DNA from: Lachnospiraceae bacterium
Lineage (GTDB): Bacteria > Bacillota > Clostridia > Lachnospirales > Lachnospiraceae
NCBI GenBank assembly: GCA_017561085.1
Contig: JAFZDQ010000060.1
Coordinates: forward strand, 17,691-81,690
Reading direction: 5' to 3'
DNA: 64,000 nt
The translations under genes were made by a program, and so were the position numbers. Of the stretch, positions 39,701 through 50,004 are shown in pieces. Each line of letters starts with the position of its first letter. Position 1 is the stretch's first letter. The notes under the pieces are model-generated. The model did no database searches, was not told the origin of the DNA, and worked only from the letters and a program-made list of their open reading frames with translations.

Positions 39701-42700
39701 TTTCTACAACAGAAGGTACTTTAACCGTGACTCCTGTAACAGATGAAGTAGTGGTTACCATTACCGGTCATAATGATACTAAGGAATATACCGGTTCTGC
39801 ACAGAATGTAAGCGGTTATGATGTTGCAATCAGCAATTCTATTTACAAAGAAAAAGATTTTGAATTCAACGGCAGTGCGGTAGCAACAGGAACTGAAGTG
39901 GGCACCTATAAAATGGGTCTTGCTCAAACTCAGTTTACTAACAAGAATGCAAACTTTACCAATGTTACTTTCAACGTAACCGATGGTGAACTTAAAATTA
40001 CACCTGTTAAGGTAACTGTAACCATCGAGGGTAATAAGGCTACCAAAACCTATAACGGAAGTGAACAGAACGTAACCGGATATGAGGTAGTAAGCATCAG
40101 TGATTCTGCTTATAAGACAACTGATTTTGCTTTCAACGGAGCAGCAACAGCAGCAGGAACTGACGTAGGAACCTATCCTATGGGTCTTGCAGCGTCTCAG
40201 TTTACTAATAAAAATGCAAACTATGATGTTACTTTCAAAGTGACTGATGGTCAGCTTGAAATTACCAAGAAAGCAGTAACCGTAACTATTAAGGGTGCTG
40301 TGGATACTCTGACATATAACGGCGAAGAACAGAGCGTAAGCGGTTATACGGTAGAAAGCAGCGATGCTGCTTATACAAAAGCAGACTTTGACTTCGGCGG
40401 AACCGCAGTAGCAAAGGGAACCAATGTTGGCACTTATGCAATGGGTCTTAAGGCAGAGCAGTTTACCAACAAGAATAACAATTATGATGTAACCTTTAGT
40501 GTGACTGACGGTCAGCTTACCATTACCAAATTAGCAGTAACCGTAACCATTACAGGTAACAAGGACAGCAAGGTATATAATGGTGCAGAACAGAAGGCAG
40601 AAGGCTACGCTGTAGAGATTAGCAATGAACTTTACAAAGAAAGTGACTTCACCTTCAATGGAACTGATACAGTAGCAGGCACAAACGTAGGAACCTATCC
40701 TATGGGTCTTGCAGATGATCAGTTTACAAATGACAATGATAACTTCGATGTAACCTTCGTGGTAACCGATGGTCAGCTTACCATTACCAAATTAGCAGTA
40801 ACTGTAACTATTACAGGTAACAAGGACAGCAAGGTATATAATGGTGAAGAGCAGAAGGTAGAAGACTACGAAGTAGAAATCAGCAACCCTCTTTATACAG
40901 AAGATGACTTTACCTTCAGCGGAACAGCAGAAGCAAAGGGAACCAATGTAGGCTCTTATCCTATGGGACTTGCAGAAGGTCAGTTTGCAAACAACAACGA
41001 TAACTTTGATGTAACCTTTGTGGTAACCGATGGTCAGCTTATTATTACTGAATTGGCAGTAACCGTAACCATTACCGGAAATACGGACAGCAAGACATAC
41101 AACGGAAGCGAACAGAAGGTAGAAGGCTATGAAGTAGAAATCAGCAACCCTCTTTATACAGAAGATGACTTTACCTTCAGTGGTGAAGCAGTAGCAAAGG
41201 GAACCAATGTAGGCTCTTATCCTATGGGACTTGCAGAAGGTCAGTTTACAAATGACAACGATAACTTTACCGTTAACTTCGTTGTAAAGGATGGAAACCT
41301 TGAGATTACCAAGGGTACTGTAGTAGTAACCATTACAGGTAACAAGGACAGCAAGGTATATAATGGTGAAGAGCAGAAGGCAGAAGGCTACGAAGTAAAA
41401 ATCAGCAACCCTCTTTATACAGAAGATGACTTTACCTTCAGCGGAACAGCAGAAGCAAAGGGAACTGACGTAGGCTCTTATCCTATGGGCCTTGCTGAAA
41501 ATCAGTTTACCAACAACAACAGCAACTTTGATGTTGAATTTAAGGTAACTGACGGTGAACTTGAAATCACCCCTCTTGCAGTAACCGTAATTATTACAGG
41601 TAACAAGGACAGCAAGGTATATAACGGAAGCGAGCAGAAGGTAGAAGATTACGCAGTAGAAATCAGCGATGACCTTTATAAGGAGGCATACTTCGCCTTC
41701 AGCGGAACTAAAGTAGCAGCAGGCACAAATGTAGGAACCTATCCTATGGGTCTTGCAAAAGAACAGTTCACCAACAACAACACTAACTTTAACGTAACCT
41801 TTAGTGTAACAGACGGCGAGCTTGAGATTACAAAGCCTTCCGTAACCGTAACCATTACAGGTAACAAGGACAGCAAAGTGTATAACGGCGCAGAACAGTC
41901 TGTAGAAGGATATACCGTATCCATCAGCGACCCTGTTTATACAGAAAATGATTTCACCTTTAGCGGCGAAGCAGTTGCAAAGAGAACCAATGTAGGAACC
42001 ACTCCTATGGGACTTACAGAGTCTCAGTTTACCAACAACAACACTAACATCGAAGTAACCTTCGAGGTAACTGATGGTAAACTTGAAATTACTAAGGCAC
42101 CTGTAACCGTAACAGTTGTCGGCAACAAGGCTAGCAAGGTATACAATGGCGCAGAACAGCAGGTGGCAGACTATACAGTATCAGATGACAGTGCCATTTA
42201 TACAGAAGCAAACTTCACCTTCAGCGGCGAAGCAGTGGCAAAGGGAACTGATGTAGATACTTATCCTATGGGTCTTGCAGTAGAACAGTTCAAGAACAAC
42301 AACGCGAACTTTGATGTAACTTTTGTGGTGACCGATGGTGAACTTGAAATTACTAAGAAAGCTGTTAATGTAACTATCACAGGTAACAAGGACAGCAAGG
42401 TATATAACGGCGCAGAACAGCAGGTGGAAAACTACGCAGTAGAAATCAGCGATAAGCTTTATACAGAAGAAGACTTCACCTTCAGCGGCGAAGCAGTAGC
42501 AGCAGGAATTGATGTTGACAAATATCCTATGGGTCTTGCAGCAAGTCAGTTTGCTAATACGAACGATAACTTTGATGTAACCATTACCGTAGTAGATGGT
42601 GAACTTGAAATCACACCTCTTGCAGTTGATGTAACCATTACAGGTAACAAAGACAGCAAAGTATATAACGGCGCAGAACAGAAGGTAGAAAACTACGAAG

Positions 42701-45700
42701 TAGAAATCAGCGATAAGCTTTATACAGAAAAAGACTTCACCTTCAGTGGCAAAGCAGTAGCAGCAGGAACTGATGTAGATACCTATGCTATGGGTCTTGC
42801 AAAGAACCAGTTCACAAACAATAATGACAACTTCACAGTAACCTTCAGCGTAACAGACGGAAGTCTTGAAATTACCAAGAAGGCAGTTGCCATGACAAGT
42901 GATTCTTCCGAAAAGGTTTATGACGGAAAAGAGCTTACCAGCAAGATGGTAACCGCAGAAGGCTTTGTTGAAGGCGAAGGCGCAACCTATTCCGTAACCG
43001 GAACACAGACAGAAGTTGGCAGCAGCGCAAATACCTTTACTTATACCTTGAAGGAAGGTACCAAGGCTGATAACTATGAAATTACCACAGTAGAAGGAAT
43101 CTTAACCGTAACTCCTGCAACCGATGAAGTGGTAGTAACCATTATCGGTGCAAAGACCACAGCTACTTATGATGGTCAGGAGCATGCAGCAACAGGCTAT
43201 ACCTTCAGTTCAAATAATGCTCTTTACAAAGAAGAATATGTAACAACTACCGGTGCTGCAAGCATCGCAAGTGTTGCAAAGACTGACGCAGGTACCTACG
43301 CAATGGGTCTTGCAGAGAGCCAGTTTACAAACAACAATAAGAACTTTACCAACGTTAAATTCGTAGTAGAAGACGGTGAATTGGTAATTAACAAGCGTAA
43401 TGTAACTCTTACAGGTGCTGATGGCAGCAAGGTATATGACGGCAGTGCACTTACCAATTCTAAAGTAACAGTAGGAGGCGACGGCTTTGCTGATGGCGAA
43501 GGAGCAGACTACAGTGTAACCGGTAGCCAGACAGAAGTTGGCAGCAGCGCAAATACCTTTACTTACACCTTAAAGGAAGGTACCAAGGCTGAAAACTATA
43601 ACATTAAAACAGTAGAAGGAACCTTAGAAGTAACTCCTGTTGCAGATAAGGTGACCGTAACCATTACAGGTAGTACAGATTCTAAGGAATATAACGGTGG
43701 CGAGCAGAGCGTAAGAGGTTACGAAGTATCTATTGATAACGACCTTTATACAGTAAACGACTTCACCTTCAGTGGCGAAGCAGTGGCAAAGGGAACTGAT
43801 GTAGGAACATATCCTATGGGTCTTGCAAAAGAACAGTTCACCAACACCAGTAAGAACTTTAGTAACGTAGAGTTCGTAGTAAAGGACGGTAGCCTGGAAA
43901 TCACTCCTTTAGACGTAACCGTAACCATTACCGGTAACACAGATACCAAGACATACAACGGAAGCCTGCAGAAAGTAGAAGGCTACAAAGCAGAAATCAG
44001 CAATTCTCTTTACGCAGAAAGTGACTTCACATTCAGTGGCAAAGCGGTGGCAGAAGGAACTACGGTAGGAACCTATGAGATGGGTCTTAACGAAAAACAG
44101 TTCACCAACGACAACGATAACTTCAACGTAACCTTTGATGTAACCGATGGTTGGTTAGTAATTATCGCAGATGAAAAGGAAGTAGTGGTAACCATTACCG
44201 GTAAGACTGCAACCGTGGATTATAACGGAAACGAACAGAGTGTAACCGACTATGAAGTAACTAATATCAGTAATGAACTTTACACAGCGGATGACTTCAC
44301 CTTCAGCGGAACCGCAGTAGCAAAGGGAATCAATGCAGGCTCTTATCCTATGGGCCTTAGCAAAGACCAGTTTGCAAATACCAATGCAAACTTCAGTAAG
44401 GTAACCTTCATGGTGACTGACGGCAAGCTTACCATCAAACCGATTGATGTAACCGTAACGATTACAGAACACAGTGATACAGTAGCTTATGACGGTGAAG
44501 AACATACCGTAAATGGTTATGATGTAACAAGTATCAGCAGTGACCTTTATAAGGAAGAATATTTCACCTTCAGCGGAAACGACAGCGTAAGCGGAACAGA
44601 TGCAGGCTCCTACGATATGGAACTGACTGCAGAAGACTTTGCAAACACCAATGGCAACTTCGCAACAGTAACCTTTGAAATCGAAGACGGCCAGATGGTA
44701 ATTAAGCCTATCGACGTAACCGTAACTATTACCGAGCATAGTGCTACAGCAAATTATGACGGTGAAGAACATACCGTAACAGGTTATGAAGTAGAAATCA
44801 GCGATCCTCTTTATACAACGGATGATTTCACCTTCAACGGAAACGACAGCGTAAGCGGAACAAATGCAGGTTCTTATGATATGGAACTGAAACCTGAAGA
44901 CTTCAGTAACACCAATAGCAACTTCGCAAACGTAACTTTCGTAATCGAAGACGGCCAGCTGGTAATTAAGCCTATCGACGTAACAGTAACAATTACAGAA
45001 CATAGTGATGAAGTTGATTACAACGGCGAAGAGCATACCGTAACAGGCTATGATGTGGAAGTAAGCAATAAACTTTATACAGAGCAAGACTTCACCTTCA
45101 GCGGAAACGACAGCGTAAGCGGAACAGATGCAGGCTCCTACGATATGGAACTGACTGCAGAAGACTTTGCAAACACCAATGGCAACTTCGCAACAGTAAC
45201 CTTTGAAATCGAAGACGGCCAGCTGGTAATTAAGCCTATCGACGTAACCGTAACCATTACGGAAAACAGCGATGAAGTAATGTACGATGGCGAAGAGCAT
45301 ACCGTAACAGGTTATGAAGTAACAAGCATCAGTAGCGAGCTTTATACTGTGGATGACTTCGCTTTCAACGGAAACGACAGCGTAAGCGGAACAGATGCAG
45401 GTTCCTACGATATGGAACTGACTGCAGAAGATTTTGCTAACACCAACAATAACTTCGCAACAGTAACCTTTGAAATCGTAAACGGCCAGCTTATCATTAA
45501 CCCTTATGACGTAGTTGTAACCGTTCAGATTACAGGTAAAAATGACACCGTTCTTTATGACGGTCAGGCACATGGCGTAAAGGGCTACGATATCACCATC
45601 AACAATGCATCTGCAGATGTACCTGAAGAAGTTGAACTTGTAACCTTAAATGCTGCCGGAAATGTAGCAAGCCTTTTAACAGTAGAAGATATTATACTGG

Positions 45701-46410
45701 TAGGTAGTGACGAAGTAAGCGCAACCAACGCAGGTACCTATGCACAGGGGCTTGCAGCAACCAGTTTCGAAAACACTAACCCGAACTTCAGCAATGTAGT
45801 ATTCGAAGTAACCGACGGTAACCTTGAAATCACCAAGCGTCAGGTAACCCTTACCAGTGCAGATGGCAGCAAGGTTTACGACGGAACAGCATTAAAGAAC
45901 AAGAAGATCAGCGTAAGCGGTGACGGCTTTGCAGAAGGCGAAGGCGCAACCTATAAGGTGACAGGAAGTATTACGGAAGTTGGAACTGCAAAGAATAAGT
46001 TTACTTATACCCTGAAAGAGGGAACCTTAGCAGACAACTACGAAATCAAGACAGTATTCGGCAAACTGGAGATTACTCCTAAGCCGGCAGATCCTACACC
46101 TGAGGATCCTACACCTACCAATCCTACACCTGCTCCTACACCTGTAATCATCGAAGATGATCCGGTACCTATGGCAGACGGTCCCGTTCCGGATGACGGT
46201 CCTGCAGTACTCGGAGCAAGAAGAGAAGGAGATGCTGCACAGGCAGTACTTGGTGCAAGAAGAGGTACTGAATACGCAGTATTAGGTAAGAGAAGAAGAC
46301 CTAACACAGGCGACAATATCGAATTAATTCTTTGGTACGTTGCCCTTGGCATGTCCATGACAACAGCAATTGCAGCAGCAATGAAAGTTCGTAAGAACAA
46401 AGCTGATTAG
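36742..46410 (+). CDS. Giant sortase-anchored surface protein / putative adhesin (3222 aa)
   Basis: Signal peptide (MRRTKRWLAMAMAVLITASTLAG), Glu/Ala/Pro/Thr linker, two Listeria-Bacteroides (InlB B)-type repeats, 26 tandem MBG-like units, Pro-Thr linker, PNTGD + TM + basic tail. Confidence 0.88.
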   Translation: MRRTKRWLAMAMAVLITASTLAGDYMIATAAEVSVVDEVATEEAVEETATEQGEEKENPFEITVYQQPTEAPAAEPTQAPATQAPVVEESTEAPVAEETETPAAEPTQAPTEDATEAPAEEPTQAPAEDATAAPSEEATEAPAEDASATPEESATPEETATPEETEEPTEDPTEEPEEEAIVGDSITISYKVNNDTYGYIDGETESFVSADSEEEIQGAVAVANDGYVFVNWTNEDGAEVSTKELFVPTEKVTAEYTANFEAKEAVITYPAVDFGSFYVSGMKVSIVAPEGAFPEGTKVSVNEVSVSAALDAVEDAIEDNVEIAEVKAVDITFTDKNGNEIQPLVPISVSFSQANLDGNSFAVYHADGSDVEKVADLNSADGGAIKTDSFSMYVLVGVNSVNIGEMASYTMYQGETIKVYADTTDRNGTFSVTGNNGNIITLGTKTTYNGHPAVEVKASTNKTGNVTVKYKSGSYEQTIKIVVKEKITVSFDVDGGSVAAPTSIGAVVGTEITMPSYTGTKNGYQFVGWAKNKNVNTNGNYDNGANYIIYPAGSKYVVVENSWWSNNNQFYAIWASTSGKTAEFYIRKESTIPYEPKAQDTSDFSSKITIENAIKVASFYANQQGVNERLNAVPTDEQIKEKRPDYNPETDYIVWYVIKQEGNGAGSWHVDGVLLKKELVNLTYDPNAGEVTVYNMPVGRQYAVGATATVDSAKPTRTGYTFDSWNTQPGGNGTRYTGGNTFTINANTTLYAQWIADSNTKYVVERYNAETGAKIDEITRSAVTDSITHATESDKSLAGYTFAEDDTRNVLSGLVAADGSLVLKLYFDAKDITVTITENSGEELYDGTVKSVNGYTASISEPSYTEADFTFKGDATVSGTDAGTYNMNLKASDFVNTNKNFTKVNFVIVDGTLTISKRTVTLTSATDEKVFDGTALTNDEVTVGGDGFAADEGASYEVTGSQTNAGSSANKFSYTLNNGTKAANYNISTTEGTLTVTPVTDEVVVTITGHNDTKEYTGSAQNVSGYDVAISNSIYKEKDFEFNGSAVATGTEVGTYKMGLAQTQFTNKNANFTNVTFNVTDGELKITPVKVTVTIEGNKATKTYNGSEQNVTGYEVVSISDSAYKTTDFAFNGAATAAGTDVGTYPMGLAASQFTNKNANYDVTFKVTDGQLEITKKAVTVTIKGAVDTLTYNGEEQSVSGYTVESSDAAYTKADFDFGGTAVAKGTNVGTYAMGLKAEQFTNKNNNYDVTFSVTDGQLTITKLAVTVTITGNKDSKVYNGAEQKAEGYAVEISNELYKESDFTFNGTDTVAGTNVGTYPMGLADDQFTNDNDNFDVTFVVTDGQLTITKLAVTVTITGNKDSKVYNGEEQKVEDYEVEISNPLYTEDDFTFSGTAEAKGTNVGSYPMGLAEGQFANNNDNFDVTFVVTDGQLIITELAVTVTITGNTDSKTYNGSEQKVEGYEVEISNPLYTEDDFTFSGEAVAKGTNVGSYPMGLAEGQFTNDNDNFTVNFVVKDGNLEITKGTVVVTITGNKDSKVYNGEEQKAEGYEVKISNPLYTEDDFTFSGTAEAKGTDVGSYPMGLAENQFTNNNSNFDVEFKVTDGELEITPLAVTVIITGNKDSKVYNGSEQKVEDYAVEISDDLYKEAYFAFSGTKVAAGTNVGTYPMGLAKEQFTNNNTNFNVTFSVTDGELEITKPSVTVTITGNKDSKVYNGAEQSVEGYTVSISDPVYTENDFTFSGEAVAKRTNVGTTPMGLTESQFTNNNTNIEVTFEVTDGKLEITKAPVTVTVVGNKASKVYNGAEQQVADYTVSDDSAIYTEANFTFSGEAVAKGTDVDTYPMGLAVEQFKNNNANFDVTFVVTDGELEITKKAVNVTITGNKDSKVYNGAEQQVENYAVEISDKLYTEEDFTFSGEAVAAGIDVDKYPMGLAASQFANTNDNFDVTITVVDGELEITPLAVDVTITGNKDSKVYNGAEQKVENYEVEISDKLYTEKDFTFSGKAVAAGTDVDTYAMGLAKNQFTNNNDNFTVTFSVTDGSLEITKKAVAMTSDSSEKVYDGKELTSKMVTAEGFVEGEGATYSVTGTQTEVGSSANTFTYTLKEGTKADNYEITTVEGILTVTPATDEVVVTIIGAKTTATYDGQEHAATGYTFSSNNALYKEEYVTTTGAASIASVAKTDAGTYAMGLAESQFTNNNKNFTNVKFVVEDGELVINKRNVTLTGADGSKVYDGSALTNSKVTVGGDGFADGEGADYSVTGSQTEVGSSANTFTYTLKEGTKAENYNIKTVEGTLEVTPVADKVTVTITGSTDSKEYNGGEQSVRGYEVSIDNDLYTVNDFTFSGEAVAKGTDVGTYPMGLAKEQFTNTSKNFSNVEFVVKDGSLEITPLDVTVTITGNTDTKTYNGSLQKVEGYKAEISNSLYAESDFTFSGKAVAEGTTVGTYEMGLNEKQFTNDNDNFNVTFDVTDGWLVIIADEKEVVVTITGKTATVDYNGNEQSVTDYEVTNISNELYTADDFTFSGTAVAKGINAGSYPMGLSKDQFANTNANFSKVTFMVTDGKLTIKPIDVTVTITEHSDTVAYDGEEHTVNGYDVTSISSDLYKEEYFTFSGNDSVSGTDAGSYDMELTAEDFANTNGNFATVTFEIEDGQMVIKPIDVTVTITEHSATANYDGEEHTVTGYEVEISDPLYTTDDFTFNGNDSVSGTNAGSYDMELKPEDFSNTNSNFANVTFVIEDGQLVIKPIDVTVTITEHSDEVDYNGEEHTVTGYDVEVSNKLYTEQDFTFSGNDSVSGTDAGSYDMELTAEDFANTNGNFATVTFEIEDGQLVIKPIDVTVTITENSDEVMYDGEEHTVTGYEVTSISSELYTVDDFAFNGNDSVSGTDAGSYDMELTAEDFANTNNNFATVTFEIVNGQLIINPYDVVVTVQITGKNDTVLYDGQAHGVKGYDITINNASADVPEEVELVTLNAAGNVASLLTVEDIILVGSDEVSATNAGTYAQGLAATSFENTNPNFSNVVFEVTDGNLEITKRQVTLTSADGSKVYDGTALKNKKISVSGDGFAEGEGATYKVTGSITEVGTAKNKFTYTLKEGTLADNYEIKTVFGKLEITPKPADPTPEDPTPTNPTPAPTPVIIEDDPVPMADGPVPDDGPAVLGARREGDAAQAVLGARRGTEYAVLGKRRRPNTGDNIELILWYVALGMSMTTAIAAAMKVRKNKAD
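39238..46080 (+). repeat. 26 tandem in-frame repeat units (mostly 261-264 bp; 22 type A, 4 type B)
   Basis: Recurring VTVTITGNKDSKVYNG...YPMGL...FTN.N.NF.VTF.VTDG.L.IT (A) and VTLTSADGSKVYDG...SAN.F.YTL..GT.A.NY (B). Counted from the translation. Confidence 0.9.
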
Positions 46411-46420
46411 TGTCTAATGA

Positions 46421-46458
46421 TTCCGTGCATACTATATATGGTGTGCACGGAATTTTTT
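46421..46458 (+). terminator. Intrinsic terminator after the giant surface protein gene
   Basis: TTCCGTGCATAC ... GTGTGCACGGAA followed by TTTTTT. Confidence 0.75.
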
Positions 46459-46513
46459 GGTAATTTTGCTGTGAAAAACCTTTATTTTTCCCGAAATTTT
46501 GCCGGGAAATATA

Positions 46514-46542
46514 TTGACAATGAAAAGGGTAACAATTATACT
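46514..46542 (+). promoter_or_regulatory. Sigma-A promoter of the str operon
   Basis: TTGACA-N17-TATACT. Confidence 0.85.
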
Positions 46543-46641
46543 AAGTTAGTGTGCGTGAAAATGCCCACAGGTGTTTTTATGCGCAAAACCAAATAATTTC
46601 TGCGTAGGCAGAACCATTTCATAAACAGGAGGTGAAACAGA

Positions 46642-47061
46642 ATGCCAACATTTAACCAGTTAGTGAGAAAAGGACGTCAGACAGCAGTTAAGAAGTCTAC
46701 GGCTCCCGCTTTACAGAAAGGATGGAACTCCCTTCACAAGAAAGCAACCGATACTTCCGCTCCTCAGAAGAGAGGTGTTTGTACAGCTGTTAAGACTGCA
46801 ACCCCTAAGAAACCTAACTCAGCTCTGAGAAAAATTGCCAGAGTTCGTCTTTCCAACGGAATCGAAGTAACAAGCTACATTCCCGGTGAAGGCCACAACT
46901 TACAGGAACATAGCGTTGTTCTTATCAGAGGTGGTAGAGTAAAGGACTTACCCGGTACCAGATACCATGTAATCAGAGGTACACTTGATACTGCGGGAGT
47001 TGCAAACAGAAGACAGGCCCGTTCCAAATATGGTGCTAAGAGACCTAAAGCAGGTAAGTAA
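46642..47061 (+). CDS. rpsL: 30S ribosomal protein S12
   Basis: [30 protein letters not shown]. Confidence 0.99.
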   Translation: MPTFNQLVRKGRQTAVKKSTAPALQKGWNSLHKKATDTSAPQKRGVCTAVKTATPKKPNSALRKIARVRLSNGIEVTSYIPGEGHNLQEHSVVLIRGGRVKDLPGTRYHVIRGTLDTAGVANRRQARSKYGAKRPKAGK

Positions 47062-47234
47062 TTATTAGCATTTGGAACCAAACAAGGACCCACAAACAGA
47101 ACTAATTTAGTGTTGGAATTCTGTTATAAATAGAAACTGCCATTGGCAGGGATTTGTTTGTAATAAGACTTACCCGCACGTACACAAAATGTGAAATTAG
47201 AACGACACACTGTGAGTACCTATGAATTAATTGA

Positions 47235-47726
<492 letters not shown>

Positions 47727-47789
47727 TTATATGGAAGCGGCGTGATGCCCCAAATGCTTTGCCCAGACTAATATTAGGAGGAACAAACC

Positions 47790-49907
47790 TTGGCTGGAAG
47801 AGAATATCCTTTAGAGAGAACTCGTAATATCGGTATTATGGCGCACATCGATGCTGGTAAGACTACCACAACCGAGCGTATCTTATACTATACCGGTGTT
47901 AACTACAAAATCGGTGATACTCATGAAGGTACTGCTACCATGGACTGGATGGAACAGGAACAGGAAAGAGGTATTACCATTACTTCCGCTGCTACTACAT
48001 GTCATTGGACATTGCAGGAAAACTGTCAGGCTAAGCCCGGTGCTTTAGAGCATCGTATCAATATCATTGATACCCCCGGACACGTAGACTTTACAGTAGA
48101 AGTAGAACGTTCCCTTCGTGTACTGGATGGCGCTGTTGGTGTATTTTGTGCTAAGGGTGGTGTAGAACCTCAGTCTGAAAACGTATGGCGTCAGGCTGAT
48201 ACCTACAACGTACCCCGTATGGCATTCATCAACAAGATGGATATCTTAGGCGCTAACTTCTACGGAGCTGTTGATCAGATCCGTACAAGATTAGGCAAAA
48301 ATGCAATCTGTCTGCAGCTGCCCATCGGTAAGGAAGACGAATTTAAGGGAATCATTGACTTATTTGAAATGAAAGCTTACATCTACAATGATGACAAGGG
48401 TGATGATATTTCTATCACAGATATCCCTGAAGATATGGCAGATGAAGCTGAATTATATCGTGGCGAACTCGTAGAAAAAATCTGCGAATTAGATGACGAT
48501 TTAATGATGATGTATTTAGAAGGTGAAGAACCTTCTAACGAAGAAATGAAAGCAGTTTTAAGAAAGGCTACCTGTGAATGTCAGGCTATTCCTGTTTGCT
48601 GTGGTACAGCTTACAGAAATAAAGGTGTTCAGAAACTTCTGGATGCTGTTATCGAATTCATGCCTTCACCCCTCGATATCCCTGCTATTAAGGGTACCGA
48701 CTTAGACGGTAATGAAATCGAAAGACATTCTTCCGATGATGAACCTTTCGCAGCTCTGGCATTCAAGATTATGGCTGACCCCTTCGTAGGTAAGCTTGCA
48801 TTCTTCAGAGTATATTCCGGTACTATGAACTCCGGTTCTTACGTACTGAACGCAACAAAGGGCAAAAAGGAACGTGTTGGACGTATCCTTCAGATGCACG
48901 CTAACAAGAGAGCAGAACTGGATAAGGTTTACTCCGGTGACATCGCTGCTGCAGTAGGCTTCAAGTTTACAGCAACCGGTGATACCATCTGTGATGAACA
49001 GCATCCTGTTATTCTGGAATCCATGGAATTCCCTGAACCCGTTATCGAGCTCGCTATCGAGCCTAAGACCAAAGCAGGACAGGGTAAGATGGGTGAAGCT
49101 CTTGCGAAACTTGCAGAAGAAGATCCTACCTTCCGTGCTCATACAGATCAGGAAACAGGCCAGACCATTATCGCTGGTATGGGCGAACTCCATCTGGAAA
49201 TTATCGTAGACAGACTTCTTCGTGAATTCAAGGTAGAAGCTAACGTAGGTGCACCTCAGGTTGCTTACAAAGAAACCTTTACCAAGACCGTTGAAGTTGA
49301 TTCCAAGTATGCTAAGCAGTCCGGTGGTCGTGGTCAGTACGGTCACTGTAAAGTTAAATTCGAGCCCATGGATGCCAACGGTGAAGAGCTGTTCAAGTTC
49401 GAATCCACAGTTGTTGGTGGTGCTATTCCTAAGGAATACATCCCTGCAGTTGGTGAAGGTATCGAAGAAGCTGCTAAGTGCGGTATCCTTGGCGGATTCC
49501 CTGTACTTGGTGTACACGCTACCGTATATGATGGTTCTTACCATGAAGTCGACTCTTCAGAAATGGCATTCCACATCGCAGGTTCCATGGCGTTTAAGGA
49601 TGCTATGCACAAAGCAAGTCCCGTACTTCTTGAGCCTATCATGAAGGTAGAAGTAACAATGCCCGAAGAATACATGGGTGACGTTATCGGTGATATCAAC
49701 TCCCGTCGTGGACGTATCGAAGGTATGGAAGATATCGGTGGCGGTAAGCTCGTAAGAGCATACGTTCCCCTTTCCGAAATGTTCGGATATTCCACAGATC
49801 TTCGTTCCAGAACACAGGGACGTGGTAACTACTCTATGTTCTTCGAAAAGTATGAACCCGTACCGAAGAGCGTACAGGAAAAGGTATTAGCAGCAAAAGC
49901 GAAATAA
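47790..49907 (+). CDS. fusA: Elongation factor G
   Basis: [24 protein letters not shown] start. Confidence 0.99.
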   Translation: MAGREYPLERTRNIGIMAHIDAGKTTTTERILYYTGVNYKIGDTHEGTATMDWMEQEQERGITITSAATTCHWTLQENCQAKPGALEHRINIIDTPGHVDFTVEVERSLRVLDGAVGVFCAKGGVEPQSENVWRQADTYNVPRMAFINKMDILGANFYGAVDQIRTRLGKNAICLQLPIGKEDEFKGIIDLFEMKAYIYNDDKGDDISITDIPEDMADEAELYRGELVEKICELDDDLMMMYLEGEEPSNEEMKAVLRKATCECQAIPVCCGTAYRNKGVQKLLDAVIEFMPSPLDIPAIKGTDLDGNEIERHSSDDEPFAALAFKIMADPFVGKLAFFRVYSGTMNSGSYVLNATKGKKERVGRILQMHANKRAELDKVYSGDIAAAVGFKFTATGDTICDEQHPVILESMEFPEPVIELAIEPKTKAGQGKMGEALAKLAEEDPTFRAHTDQETGQTIIAGMGELHLEIIVDRLLREFKVEANVGAPQVAYKETFTKTVEVDSKYAKQSGGRGQYGHCKVKFEPMDANGEELFKFESTVVGGAIPKEYIPAVGEGIEEAAKCGILGGFPVLGVHATVYDGSYHEVDSSEMAFHIAGSMAFKDAMHKASPVLLEPIMKVEVTMPEEYMGDVIGDINSRRGRIEGMEDIGGGKLVRAYVPLSEMFGYSTDLRSRTQGRGNYSMFFEKYEPVPKSVQEKVLAAKAK

Positions 49908-49910
49908 TAC

Positions 49911-49939
49911 TTGAAAATACAAAGATTTTTTACTATAAT
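49911..49939 (+). promoter_or_regulatory. Internal sigma-A promoter for tuf
   Basis: TTGAAA-N17-TATAAT directly after the fusA stop. Confidence 0.7.
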
Positions 49940-50004
49940 CATTTATAGTTGGTTAATTATCGTAACAAAAAATTTTTTATATTATTTTAAGGAGGACTTA
50001 AAAA

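Noticed and set aside
44155-45573. 472-aa antisense ORF inside the giant surface-protein gene
   Set aside because: Shadow frame produced by the repeat structure and biased codon use of the sense gene. No RBS or recognisable domain. The same applies to 2724..3326, 5345..5926, 48702..49544, 62226..62981 and the many short overlapping ORFs.
39238-46080. Long repeat array as a CRISPR array, DGR or shufflon
   Set aside because: The units are in-frame protein domains with no repeat-spacer alternation. There is no reverse transcriptase, adenine-specific variant copy, invertase or inverted recombination site.
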